Below, one piece after another: positions 1 through 54,000 of a stretch of DNA of 64,000 nt. Source of the DNA: Tubiluchus corallicola (lineage: Eukaryota; Animalia; Priapulida); NCBI GenBank assembly GCA_030141605.1, contig JAQGDQ010000261.1, positions 1-64,000 on the forward strand. Direction: 5' to 3'. Position 1 is the stretch's first letter. The number at the start of each line of letters is the position of its first letter. The notes beneath the pieces are model-generated. The model saw only the letters and a list, made by a program, of their open reading frames with translations, was not told the DNA's origin and made no database searches. The translations under genes and the position numbers were made by a program.

Positions 1-76
1 TATGAATAGTCTATTTGGCTTATGTTTTTTCCGTTATGTATACATGTACAAGTATTACAGCTTTTTTGGTTCACAG

Positions 77-39956
<39,880 letters not shown>

Positions 39957-41058
39957 ATCAAATGTGAGAGTGGCAATCAATTGACCAATTTTGATATCAC
40001 ATGCTCTCAAGGACCTGTTAAACGAAGTTTTTTCAGTTCAGTCTGATATAAGAATTTAATTTTTAGTACGATATTGAAGCCTTTGGTGTAGTGGTGTGCA
40101 TGTATATTGTATACTAAACATAGCAAACAATTAATATATTTAATATCTTTTATTCGCTTAAGTGGTGGGTAATATTGTTCCACTCCTCAATGTCAAAAAT
40201 GAATCAGCAACTAATAAGCAACTCAAATAGAAAACAGACAGAGTTACAATTTTTTTTCAATAGTGGAGCAAATGATGTTCAAGTGATCAACAATCTATAT
40301 AAAGGCAAAAGCACATTTCTGCGAAATGTCAGCATCAAATACGTTTACTTGAATTTACGAGAACGTATAACTTATACATTGGCTCAAGTGTCTCTTGCTG
40401 CTCATTTGGTTGGATATTAATAAATTTTGTAATGTCTTTTGTTTTTTTGTTTGCATTTGGTTGGATACTAATAAATTTCGTAATGTCTTTTGTTTTTTGC
40501 TAATATCGCTGATTCTACTATTGATTTTGATGTCGTTAATGTCGTTACTCTGCTTTGAGATAGCCTACTGACTACTGGCGTAGCCTGGTCGAAATAGCTT
40601 GATGCTTGACGAAGGAAGGTTATGGCGTGATATTTTTTCTACGTCGAAGCCAAATAGAAATACTACCTTCTGTAATACTACCTACACTAATTGTTGTACA
40701 TTTTTTTGTACGTGATAATAATTTACGTTAATACTGCCATGTGGCACTTTTAGTCACGTTTCCGCCACCAGGTAACGCTGATGAACAAAAACTGTCAATA
40801 AGTGCATTAACAAAAATCTTGTAATGTCATTTTCGTTGATTGTGCATACAATGTAGCGAAAAATGTGAATAAACCTAAAAAAGCTACAAAATTAGAAAAT
40901 GTGCAACGCTTCTTTCAAATACATTTGTTTACGTAAATTTTCATTTTGCTTCTTTGGCTTTTTATGTTCGTTTATTTGTTTGTTTACATCAACAATAGGT
41001 TTCCATGGTACAGAATTTTAATGAAGTACCTATACACACACACACACACGCACGCACG

Positions 41059-41100
<42 letters not shown>

Positions 41101-41830
41101 ATAAATAACGAAATAACGAAGACAATGGGAGAATGCGAGAGAGAGAGAGAAAGAGAGAGAGAGAGTAGGGAAGGACGAGACGGGGGAGAGGTTGAGTGAC
41201 AGTGAGGGAGAGGGAGACGAAGAAAGAGGGATAGAGAGGAAGGGAGAGTGAGAGAGGTGGTGGGAAGGGAGGTAGGTAAGGAGGGAGAAGCAAAGAGAGA
41301 ATGAGAAATCGAAGGCTTTATCCTACTAAAATAGCATATCTTGCAACTAAAAGCTCAACTGTGATTTTTCTGTTAAAAAACTCTGTGAAATGAGTTTTCT
41401 GGAAAAAACATTTTCTGGCAATTTTTTTCTGAGAATTTTTTTGTGAACATTTTTCCTCAGAGACACTTTTTCTGGGTTGGACCTTAAACCTTAACAGCTA
41501 ACGGAGACATCTGCTGGCATGTCTGAAAACTCTAAATGAATGAGTAAAATAGCGAGTAAAATAGCTACTACTTGCAAAAGTTTGACTGATTGGTGAGCAA
41601 TTAGAATTAAATTAAAACGTGTCTTGATTTATGACAAGGGGCTGTGTGGTCTAGTGATCACTTGGTTTTAGAAATGTAGTAATTTCATCATTTACTATTG
41701 ACATTATTGATATTAATATCTCTACAGTAGTTCTGCGACGTAGGCCTACCTTTTTTACTGCTATTACTGCTACTGCTACTTATTTCCACTGCATTTTTGC
41801 ATGCCCATAGTACTTCTTAATAAATTATAG

Positions 41831-41986
41831 AAGAATTTTATGCAAAAGGAAGGCAGACAATTCGTGTCCTCACGACTGCATCACTGAACGTTATGATCCG
41901 AGAATTACCATTTCAGATGCCGTTTATAACAAGTTTTTAACCAGCGTGTTACAAGACGTGTATGATGTAACTGAGGAGGAACTAGC
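41831..41986 (+). pseudogene. Orphan exon resembling a DEG/ENaC (ASIC) channel extracellular segment
   Basis: TTATAG|156 nt|GTAAGT, open in phase 2-2: RILCKRKADNSCPHDCITERYDPRITISDAVYNKFLTSVLQDVYDVTEEEL. No partner exons found. Confidence 0.4.
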
Positions 41987-42944
41987 GTAAGTTATGTAAA
42001 TTAGCTATGCAGGTATCCTGGAAATGGGACTTCTCATCATAACACAATTTGGTTTTGTGGATGAAGTTTTATATATACACATACATACATGCATACATCC
42101 ATGCACGCACGCACGCACGCACGCACGCGCACACACACACACGCACACACACACACAATTCTTTATTGCCATAGTTATACATACACAAGTATCATATATA
42201 GAAGTAAAATTCTTATGTGTAACCAGTTAAAAAACTGCTGTTTTAATAGCGTTAAAAACGAGATACCAATACAAATGAAGTTGATGGCATGTGTATAAAA
42301 ATGCCGTCCAAATTCAAAAACAAAATAGTTATTGGACAGAAGAAAATCATTTTAATTACTCTAAATTTAAATTTATGTTGTATTGTCATCATACTTTTTT
42401 GAGTTTTGGATAGTGCTGCCACCTTCAGGTGTTCTTGTTAAAATTGTTAAATCTTTCTCTTTACTGTTTAAATTTTCAATGGCTTCTACAGTCTTTATGA
42501 ATGCATAATCTCTAAACCTGTTTTCACACCTAAATGATTTCACCTGTAGTTCTGATCACTTGGTTTTCTGCTTTTTAACATGACGCTACTTCAGTATTTA
42601 TGTAGACATTTCAGAATAAAATCTTAAAAGTAAATTTCAAGTTTTTTGGTTTCTTCAAAAAAGTTATATTTATTAAAAAAGAATAATTATACATAATATG
42701 CTTATTTTACTGAATTCTCTGCTGCGTTCAAAAAGTTTTACCTATAAAAACAAAAAAAATTGCATTTACAGAACTTGCCATAACGGTTAGTTTTATTTTA
42801 GAAACTTCTAAGATTGTTACATTAAAAATCTGCACCCACAAACGATGTTAACAGAGAGCGAACAGAAAAAAACAGAAAATTTGTGAATGAGGCCATTGCA
42901 CCCAATTCTCAATTTGTAATTGTTTAATATACCTTTTCACAATT

Positions 42945-43167
42945 TTGTTATGCGCACGCGCAGTGCTCTAAGTCAAAGTTTAAGTGTACCACAGCAACAC
43001 GTTCTAACTGCAACCGTCATGTGACATGGGGGTAAAGCTTTGCCGTCTGCCGCATCTGTTCCGTAACTTCAGTTGCTTTACGTGAACTTTACTTAATTAT
43101 GAGTTAGTTTGTGCATAGAGTGATTTACTAGCAGGATCTTGCCTGAGAACAAGAAAAAATGAACTAG
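42945..43167 (+). promoter_or_regulatory. Candidate promoter and non-coding first exon of copy 2
   Basis: NRF1-like TGCGCACGCGCA at ~42952 and a strong donor AG|GTAAGG at 43167/43168. Confidence 0.3.
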
Positions 43168-43861
43168 GTAAGGTTCTAGCTGCCGCTAGAAGTTATCATC
43201 ACTGAAGCTACGACCTTCAAACAACTGGTTTGGATTCAAATCACTGAGCAGTATCCAGTGAATGTTCTGCTTTGAAAAAGTAACAGCTTCATCGTAAGAG
43301 ATTACTGCTGGTGTTAATTTAGTGATTCCGTGCAGCTGATAAAGACGTGTTTCAGACGAAAAAACGTGTTGAACCCAGTGTCCTGCAACATCACAGTTTG
43401 GGAACTATGTTTTTCATGTTTGCATGTGTGTGTGTGTGTGCGTGCGTGTGTGTGCGTGCCCGTGTATGCGTGCGTGTGTGCGTACGTGTTTGACGTTTGT
43501 GTGGCAAGATGTACATGTACACCATAAACGAAGCGACTAAATGAGACAAACAGCCATGATTGGGTACATGTATCTATTTAGCTGCAATTAAACACCTTGC
43601 TTATTCACCTTTACATTGCGTAGCATGCGTTTATTCATACAGCCCATCCAAAGGAGATCTATTTAAATGCCTTTGCGAAATCCGAAGAGGTGGGCGCAGC
43701 CTATTTTGATAAGTGCAATGCCATGTGTTTAAGCTATGTAATGAGACCAATGCTTACTATATTTTGGAGCATGATTAAAAAAAATTCCATTAACATTGGA
43801 TAGTCATTATGTGATGTTACAATATATGTTAAAAATGTAAATATGGCTTCTGTAACTTTAG

Positions 43862-44075
43862 GGTCATCATCAGTGGCAAATTTACAAACATACAACCAGT
43901 TTATATAGGCAGAGCCTATTATGCACTAATTAAGTGGTTAGCTTCTATTTGGCTTCTGTTAACTACTTAATTAAAAGTTAATTTGTAAATTAACAACTGA
44001 TGATGAGAGCAGCAGCTGTCGAAACATTTGGCATGATTTTAACTTTTTAATATAAAACTTTTAATAAAAGTTGTG
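43862..44075. mobile_element. Penelope-type inverted pLTR remnant with a hammerhead ribozyme core
   Basis: Inverted repeat tcatcatcagt…aatttacaaa / tttgtaaatt…actgatgatga. CTGATGA at 43997-44003, a stem, then GAAAC at 44021-44025. Confidence 0.55.
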
Positions 44076-44491
44076 TTGTTTTTGACTTAGAAATACTTAT
44101 ATTTACATAGCCTAGCAGAGATACCTATGTCATTGTGATGATCGGTTATGCCACCCATCATTGTCGCAACACCTATTTTGATATATCTTTCTTATGATGT
44201 CGTGTGTGTGCATAATTAATGATCTAATTACCTTATTGATTTATTGCACTGTTTATTTAAACTTATATTACATTGTGTGTTTTTGTAAGATCTTGACACT
44301 AGATGGCTCTGGCCGCACATTTCTCTGCTAACCTGTAATTAGGTTACCTGAAAATTCGAATACCAAATGGCTTCAACCTGTTTTGGGAGCTTACTACAGA
44401 GTTCGTGTTTTACACTAGTTATGTTCTACACTAGTAGTGTAGTTGTAAAAGTTTATCAAGTGAAGTTGCAAAAGATCTAGATGTACATTTA

Positions 44492-45277
44492 CATCGGGTG
44501 GCGCAGAAAAAATGTGTAGCAGTTTAGACAGCAGTACTATTACATTCAAGTACCATACAAAGTTGTAATTTCAATAGGATGATATGATAATACAGTAGCT
44601 TTTGGCTGTGAAAGCTATAAGTTTATAGCTTTAGTGGTTAAGAGTTGCAATAGCTAAAAAGCTTTTGCATGTTAAAAAAATTAAATGCCGGAACAATGTC
44701 AGCTAATCGTCAAATGAAGAACAGCCACGTTGACGTATAAAGCACACAATACATGGCAGCAAAACAATAAAGGAATCAACCAGTTTGCAAGATGATCTTC
44801 ACCAGAGAAAATAAAACACAATAGAAGATTTGTTGTCAAGAAAAAATGAGAAAAGAAGAAATCCTGTGGATTACGATATCTGGAATTAACTTAAAGAGAA
44901 AGTGTTTAGAGCCGTTTGATGGAACTAAAGGAAAAATTGTTGCTGGACAAAATACCACCTATAGAAGTGAGAAACTGCATCAGCTGCTGATAGTAATGCT
45001 TTCGCCTAGTTTGCATTGAAAATGGTGGACACGTAGAGCACTTGCAACAGATTTTAACAATAGCGACACAAAATATTTTCTGGCGCTTATTTATTTATTT
45101 ATTTTGACTTGTTGATTTAAAACGTCTACGACTTTCGACAAACTTAAGGAAACGATCGAAAATTCTTAGCGTTTGTACATAAACGCTGTAACGTTATCAT
45201 TTTCTAGCAATTCCTTTACTTTTTACAATACTTCCGCAATACTTGAGCAAAGCTTCCGCACATTTTTGCACCATCTG
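44492..45277 (+). mobile_element. Tc1/mariner-family relic
   Basis: Degenerate TIRs (gggtggcgcagaaaaaatgtg / cacatttttgcaccatctg) and transposase remnants NPVDYDIWN*LKEKVF and RLVCIENGGHVEH. Confidence 0.65.
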
Positions 45278-47265
45278 ACCTGAGTTCATAAAAATGACTT
45301 ATTTATGCACTAATGAATGTCTAATTAAAAGTGCTAGCACAAACACAGCGCTTTAGGGTACATTATGATAACCGTATACATAAAGTTAAAGATTGTGAAT
45401 TTTTTTATAATACTTCTTCTGGTGGCTATGAAAAGGTTTAACCTTTCAGATTTAATACAAGGTGTTTCTCTCCTTTTTCCTTCCGGATGTACGAAGCACA
45501 GCAACGACTTTACTATGGGTTGAGCAGCTGCTTGACTGTCCGATTCGATGGTAAAAAAGTATATAAAAGGCCGCCTACTGAATCTCACTTAAAAAAATGT
45601 TAAAAAATACACCAGAATAAAAAACAGTTCAGACATACGCGACAGGCTTTTTCTGCCACGAATTTTTGAATTTTCTCACCTTGAATTTTTCTGTTTCTAT
45701 GGAGTATTTGCCTGTAAAATAATTTAACTTCCTAGCGACAGAACTTTTAGTGAAAGTAATCTAAATTAACATACAAATAGCTGTCAAAAATTTCCCACAA
45801 GATTCACGTTTTAAGAGTTTATATAGTTTTCTTAAAACATACGTTACCTGGAAAATGTCAAATGAGAAGAAAATTTTTACTATGAGTTCAATACATAACT
45901 CGCTCGCAAAAGATTAAATTCGTTCGTACAATTTACTATGTCGTTCCTGCAACTCATACACTCTTTTCATTGACAATCACGTTACTCGCATGACTTGCAA
46001 CAGATGTTGGTACGAGTTACTTATACATTTCAGACTAAGTAAGTAAGTGACACGCTTTACAGACAGACTAGACACTCGTGAATGACAGCTTTGCCTCCTT
46101 AAAATTGAACTTTGAGTGAGTGACGTGCTTAATTCCCAGATGAATTTTTCCCGACGAGATATGCCCATTCAGATGCCCGAATTCCTTGCACGCTTTCTTG
46201 TACAGTTTTGTTTTCCATCCAGAAAACCCGATAGTCTAAACACACATCATTGCGTGTCATGAGATAAAGACAATTTTGAGTGTCACCCAATATTAAGAGC
46301 AACGCCCAATAATCTAAACGAGGCTTTAGCAGCTCAATTCAAATGTATGACATACAGTACTACATACCTGACTCCTCTGACTTGGTTATTTCATTGTACG
46401 ACCTTAAGTCTCCTTCGTAAGATACGCTACAAACTTTTCTATAGTTCTGATCTAGATATTGGCTTATTGATATATTTTTACTGCACGTAAAAATATTTTC
46501 TACACGCCAGTTTCGTGCACAAAAACTATTGTTTACCTTAATTGTTATTCTTTCGCTTTGTGTACTTTTTTTATCTGTTATTAAACAAATTAATCAAATT
46601 TTTACCATCCTCTTCTATATATTTCTTTATATACAGATTGATTTATTTCTGCAAAGTTATCTATTTCGTGCTTCATCATCATCATTATTATCATCATAAT
46701 CATTATTTGAACGTACTTACCATCAACTATACTACCTTGTACACCAAGACTCACAACAGCAAGAATCCCAGCAAAAAAAATCTGTAGAATAATAGCGAAA
46801 TTTTTACAATCATCTTACGGTGTTGTTTACAATTTACAAGCTAAAACAAAGTTTTTATTCCTGAAAGACTATAGTAGATAGTAGTTGGCATTTAATATTA
46901 ACTTTTTATGCAACTTTCACGATCTAATTAAACTAGGTCACTAATAGATGAAATTATTCTTCACTTTAATTAAAGGTAGAAAATATTTTACTACTGACAT
47001 TTAATTTACGTGCAAATGCACAAATGTACACTTTGCCCGTAGCACAGGTTTTGCAACAATCCACGGATATCTTTGTCACCCCGGGGTAAGATTATGTATT
47101 CCTTGGTTAGACCAGAACAAAAGTTTCGGGGCAGTGAACTTGTATAATGTGTATCCAACAGTCTTTAGAAACTTACCGCGAAAGTTGCTGTCTTCATTTT
47201 GTAAGAACTATTCGGTTGTTAGTGAGCGGTTTGCTAAATTTCTTTTTCAAGTGTCGCTCTGTAAC

Positions 47266-47949
47266 ATGAAGTTTTTATTAGTTATTTTGTTCGCCGTATT
47301 TTTTTGTTATTCAGAAGAGGCAATAAACGATGAGTTGTCGAAAGGTAAGCACATGAAATGTTCATTTTTAATTTTTATTATTTTCTCCCAGTTGGGTGCA
47401 GTTTACTGATTACACGGATCTCTGGAACCTTCTCCAGTTACGATTAATTTTAAGCTTAAGGTTGTTCTTTGACTTGTCCCACAAACTAAATGAAATTGGT
47501 AATTTACTACGTAGGTTCTGCTGAAGTACAGAATTATACATAGTACATATATTTACTTTCGAATTTCTTTTACATAGTAGTTTATGTATACGTGTGAAAA
47601 TACTACGTATATGAACACATCTATATATATTTATGATTACTTCTACATATTTATAGATGTACGACCTCCGTATATATTAGTGACAAAACGCACAAAAGCA
47701 AAATGTAATATCAGTAAGTTCTGGTTGATAGCATGTAATAGCTCTCACTTATACGAAAACACGAAAATGGAATTTGTAGTGTGTTAAGTTCAATCAGCAG
47801 TAAGTTATTTAAATATTTGCTTGTGTCTTCTGGAATATTACATTACGTAATAATCTCTGTTATGTAATTTTAGATTGTTATTTACAGTCAGCCAAAAGCT
47901 GTTTGAACCTTATGTTAATTGGTCATCCAAAAGCCGACTTTAAAGAAAG

Positions 47950-48009
<60 letters not shown>

Positions 48010-51000
48010 TTTTGACTGTATAAAGAAATAATGTTCACAGTAGGAGTGAAGACAGAATGAGCACTGGATAATTATAAAATTTGCAGTCTCTACGGTGACC
48101 TTAATTTTTTTGGGCTTGTTAGGGTACAAGTTTATTTATCATCATTACAAGCAAAAATCTGAATTACAGCACTGTACAAAATTACAAAATAAATTTTTTT
48201 TAAAGAGGAATTATGTTTTTTAAAGTGGAATTCTGTGTTTAATGTGGAAAATTTTGTTTTTTTTTATCTACAGGTCGGCAAATGTTCGAATGACTTAATT
48301 ATGTCGTTTCTTCTCTTACACACTTACATTTGCTTTATTTACATTGAAACCGTGCATACTTACGTTTGCTTTATTTACGTTCAAACCGTGCATACTTTCA
48401 ATTGTTTTGTTTACATTGAAACCGTGCATACTTACATTTGCTTTATTTACGTTAAAACCGTGCATGCTTACATTTGTTTTATTTACATTGAAACCGTGCA
48501 TACTTACGTTTGCTTTATTTACGTTCAAACCGTGCATGCTTACGTTTGCTTTATTTACATTGAAACCGTGCACACTTACATTTGCTTTATTTACATTGAA
48601 ACCATGCATACTTACGTTTGCTTTATTTACGTTCAAACCGTGCATACTTTCATTTGTTTTATTTACATTGAAACGGTGCATACTTACATTTGCTTTAATT
48701 ACGTTAAAACAGTGCATGCTTACATTTGCTTTATTTACGTTCAAACCGTGCTTACTTACATTTGCTTTATTTACGTTCAAACCGTGCATGCTTACATTTG
48801 CTTTATTTACGTTCAAACCGTGCATACTTACATTTCCTTTATTTACGTTCAGGTTGTGCATACTTACATTTCCTTTATTTACGTTCAAATCGTGCATACT
48901 TACACCTACTTTGCTTATTATTAGTAATTTTATTTGTAATAGATTATTAGTAATCATCAGTCTCTCCATTTCATTAATTTCAGTGTATTTTTTTTTAATT
49001 CCTCTCATGCTTGCACAGTTTATGTAAATGTTCTTCTTTGTAAATTATGTGTGTGTACTAGGCCCTATAATTATGTGCATTGCTTATATATTCATGTGTG
49101 CATTATCTAGTATGTATTTTTGATAGCTTTTGATGGAATAGTTTTTGATGTAGTCTCCTAATTTCACGAGTTTTTAAACGCACAATTTTACTCGGTCTTA
49201 ACAGTTTCAGCTTTTCTGCCCACTCAGCTGGTTAAAGACCTCAATTGGCTGTGAATGAATGATGAGCTCATTAGTTTGGAGGGGTCAAAATCCCCTAGTC
49301 TCTGTTTAAGTTTTTTCCTTAGGGTTAACTCCTTAATCATTTGTAAGTCAACGGCTTTCCAATTACGTACTGTTATTAATAACATGATCGACATAATCTG
49401 GACTCAACAGCTAGGTTTACATATTGGTTACAGTGAATTGCAGAGTTCTTTACCAAAGATAGTCCTTTGAATCAACAGAGGTGCCTCCGTTGGATTGTGA
49501 TACCTTCCCTCATCCATAGAGGTGGCGATGGCAGACAAAGCTGTCCAGAACCTATCCTATTATTAGCTAGATCCGACGTTGCTACACTGAAGCACACACT
49601 GTGACTACTCAGTTATGGCGCGTCCCTTCCCAGTCGGGTATTATCGTTCTTATCTTTGGTGTCACTTCATCATCATAATCATAATTATTATAATCATCAT
49701 TGATCATGATCATGATCATGGCATCATCGCCGTCATGGTCATCATCATCATCATCATCATTGTCTGTTGTCGTCGTCGTCGTCGTCATCATCATCATCAT
49801 TATCATCATTTTTATTAATCTAATCATCATGATCATCATCATAAGGTCCATTGCTAATGAAGTCATCGTCATTGGTATTGGACTGAATTCGACCCAGGGG
49901 GGTCGAACTCCAAGATGGCATGGCGGTCCTGATATTTCGCATCATGAAGATCCATTTTATAATCGTTGTGCAACCAATACTTAATTACAAATGTTAATGT
50001 TAATTAGCTAAATTAATGTCTGCAAACTATTACCTTATACCTGTTATAGCGTGTCATCCAACTCTCATATAACAAAATACACAAAAACTACACAGTACGG
50101 AGTTTGTTAACAGCACTAATAAAAATAAGTAACAAAAATACACGTGCACAAAAAACTAACTAACTAACGCAGTAACAGCACTACACCCGAGGAGTACCTG
50201 TGTCAGAAATCAAGGCTGTAGTGACCTCTACACGCTTTTATACTGGCATTCCAGGTCAGCTGGCTTCTCACACCACGTGTAGGCCCAAACAAGACGTCTG
50301 GACCTACAAGAAAGGGGTGAGTCGCTGCTGACGTGGAAGCAGGGCTTGTAGAGGGCCCTACACCTGACCCGACACAGGTGCCTCCGTAACATTATCATCG
50401 CCGTGAATACGCGATTGTTGTCACAGTCGTTAATAATTTGTATGGAACCTGTTTTTGGATTTGATGGTTCGTTCACGGTTCTTTTACTTTATACCGATTT
50501 TTATATAATAAGTATTATATTCTGAATAATATCAAAAACACTTCACGTTTATCTTAACAATTATTTTTATTGCATAGCAACAAACCGTCAGTTTGCCAGT
50601 AGCTCATGTTTTGTAACTATCCACGGATATTTTTGTCACCCCGGGGCAAGACTATGTATTTCTTGAACAGACCACGACAAATGTTTCGTGGTAATGAACT
50701 TGAATTTTAGAAATAATGTGTATCCAACAGTCTTTAGAAACTTACCGGGACAGTTGCTATCTTCATTTTGTAAGACCAAAGAACTATTCTCTGGAACTCT
50801 GGAACCTTCTCCAGTTATGATTAATTTTAATATTAATGTTGTTCTTTGACTTGTCTCACAAACAAAATCAAATTGGTAATTTACTACGTAGGTTCGGCTG
50901 AAGTACAGAATTACACATAGTACATATATTTACTTTCGAATTTCTTTCACATAGTAGTTTATGTATACGTGTGAAAATACTACGTATATGAATACATCTA

Positions 51001-54000
51001 TACATATTTATATAGATGTACGTCCTCCGTATATATTAGTGACAAAACGCACAAAAGCAAAATGTAATATCAGTAAGTTCTGGTTGACAGCATGTAATAG
51101 CTCTCACTTATACGAAAACACAAACACGTATGTGTAATTTGTGGTGTGTTAGGTGCAATCAGGAGTAAGTTATTTAAATATTTGCTTGTGTTCTTCTGGA
51201 ATATTACATTACGTAATAATCTCTGTTATGAAATTTTAGATTGTTATTTACAGTCAGCCAAAAGCTGTTTGAACCTTATGTTAATTGGTCATCCAAAACT
51301 TAGGTTTGGGCTAGGGTTACAGTTAGGGTTAGGATTATGTATTTAAATTGTGTGGGGAATTGTAATACTCTTTCCCACAGATTTAACACTGACATTGTAT
51401 TTACAGACTATGACTGGATACCAAATTCGGCTTCTTCTGTGCTTCAGAAGTAAAATTACACAAAGTAGTTAGAGTGTGGGAAGCCATTTTTAAAAATAAT
51501 AAAAGGCCTACCCAAAATAATGTGTTTGCTAAAGTAGCTCTAAATGAAAATCTACTGTCAGAAATACGGTACACTAAGCAAAATGGAACCCAATGTTAAA
51601 CTCTTGGCCAAGAGAACATATTGAAAGGATACATTATTACCACACAAACGCAATTTCGCGTTTCGCTGTTACACTAGTTCTTCGCTGTTACATGCATTTC
51701 GCCACCCGCTAGTTAGACGGGCAGTAGCGCCTGCATTTCGGAAACGAGTTGCACAAAAGACAGGTGCTGTACATCTCAGTTCAGATGTGTTAGTTTCTGT
51801 CGAATTACACACGTTCGATAGCTCAGAAAACGTGCGAGCACAGCGGTAAATTTGAAATTACTTTATCAGAAAACTTACCTAGTTTTAGTACAACACACTA
51901 AATAACTTACAAAAGCTTTCGCACACACGTGAAATGCAAGTTTTAACAATAATTTTGTTAAAATGTATACTTTTAATGGGCCTTGAAAATGGGGTAGTAT
52001 ATGGAAAATCATCCTGTCTTTCTTCAAAATTTTTACGGGACTATACGCTGTCTCCAGGATTGTTGTAGACTGAGACGACTTTGGTCGGGTTTCGATCCCC
52101 CGGCTATCAATGGCATGACGTGACATGAAGACTCCATTTTCGATTCTCATCGAATAGGATTGCTATCCTTCGTGACAATTTAACAATATCCGTTTCAATT
52201 AATAAAGTTTCGAATTTATGTCATTTTGGACATTCTCCCATCATTAATTATTATGTCACTTAATTGCAATAAATTTACAGAAAATTTGCCGGACAATGGT
52301 CACTGCACATTGCAGGAAGAATGCGGCTTTACAAAGGACAGTATCAGTGTGTTTGTTTTCTCCAGTTATTCCAATGTCACTGTTGCCGTGAATGACGTGA
52401 AGGTAGGAATTTACGTAAAAATGTATTGTGTTAAAACGTGCTAAGACATGTCTGTATAGCTGTTTTGTAAATATAAAGTGGTTTTAACCTGTTGATATAG
52501 AAATGACAGGTTTGCTCCCATTCATCCCTACTATAGGTTTTACACGTCAAATGTAGACACAGGAAAGTTCAAATGGGACTTAAGCAAGTCAAATGTAGAC
52601 ACAGGAATTTCGAATGTGGTTTGGTAACTCAAGTGTGACTTAGGTAAGTCAAATGTAGATGCATTACTTTGAATAAATTGGTAATTAACTTATTTAAGTG
52701 CAAATTACAAAGATAGACATCACCTCTTTCATAACTTTGAAAAATGCGTTGTTTATCCTCAAACTAAATTCTTTGATAAACCATAACGTTGGTAGAAAAA
52801 ATAAATTGGTTCCCACTTCCCAATGAACAGTGAATCACTAATTAGTTTTTTAAGTAATGCATTAGCACTGCATTAATGAATTAGTTTCTCTCAAGAAACA
52901 TTGCTTATTTTAAGAATGTATTGTTTTCTCTAATAGCTCCAATGGTATGTAAAGTTTACAGAATATTAGTGAACTATTAGTAGACCTATAAAGTTATTAT
53001 TTTCACATTCTTAAGAGCAATTATTAAGTTAAGATCAAAGGAGAACAAATTTTACTTCCTTAAACTTTACCACCTATCCACATTTGAGATACCAATGTCA
53101 CATTTGACTTGACATGAGTCTACATTTGACTTATCAAAAACGCTTAAGATTTCTTGAAAATCATTGTTAACACATTTGAACTACCAGGTCTACATTTGAC
53201 ACGTTAAACCTATATTATATATAACTTAATTTCGTAGTTTTCAACTACAGAGTCATCTGTCACGAGCATAATTATATAATAGTTTAGTGTTTTCTGATCA
53301 TTTTATCTCTGTATTACCTATTCATATTCTCAGAATTAATTGATGTTCTTTTTATCCTTGCTTGTTTTTTTTTTGTAAACTAATTTCACATTGTAATCTG
53401 CAGAGTACTCCATTTTCATTTTTTTCATCTTTTGATTTTATTTCCAATTTGATTGCCTATGTTAGTAAAATCTTTAGATTTGTGTGTTTTTAGTCGGTAT
53501 GAATAGTCTATTTGGCTTATGTTTTTTCCGTTATGTATACATGTACAAGTATTACAGCTTTTTTGGTTCACAGATTCACAGCAGTGATTACCATGGTGAC
53601 GAGAGGACACACAGAGGCAGAGGAATGCATATTATTGTTCTCAATCAATCAACCGTGAGTATGGAGTTAGTAAAAGAAACTCAATTAATTCATATAACTA
53701 CGCCCAGTGTGCTTGTGTAGACTAAGATGATCAACTTCCTAATTCTTAAAGTTAAGATCTTCAAGAGATAAATAGATCAATTACGTCGTCGCTTATGAAA
53801 ATCGAAATCATTTGATATATTTGAATGGATTGTATCTATCTTAATCTTTTTTCTGACAGAATAATAGTATTTCGCATTACTGCACCCCTGGATTCACCAT
53901 AAAATAAAACAAGTAGGTGCTTAGGGCCTTAGGAGAAGAGGGCTCCACGCTGTTTTTTTCAAATTGAATAATTATCCAGAAGTAAAATATACCGTGTTTC

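Noticed and set aside
48235-49027. CRISPR-like array or repeat protein
   Set aside because: Units are contiguous 36-mers with no unique spacers and no cas genes, in a eukaryotic intron.
50042-50582. Possible solo LTR (TGTTA…CAACA)
   Set aside because: The TSD is imperfect (tacc/aacc) and there is no second copy in the window to fix boundaries.
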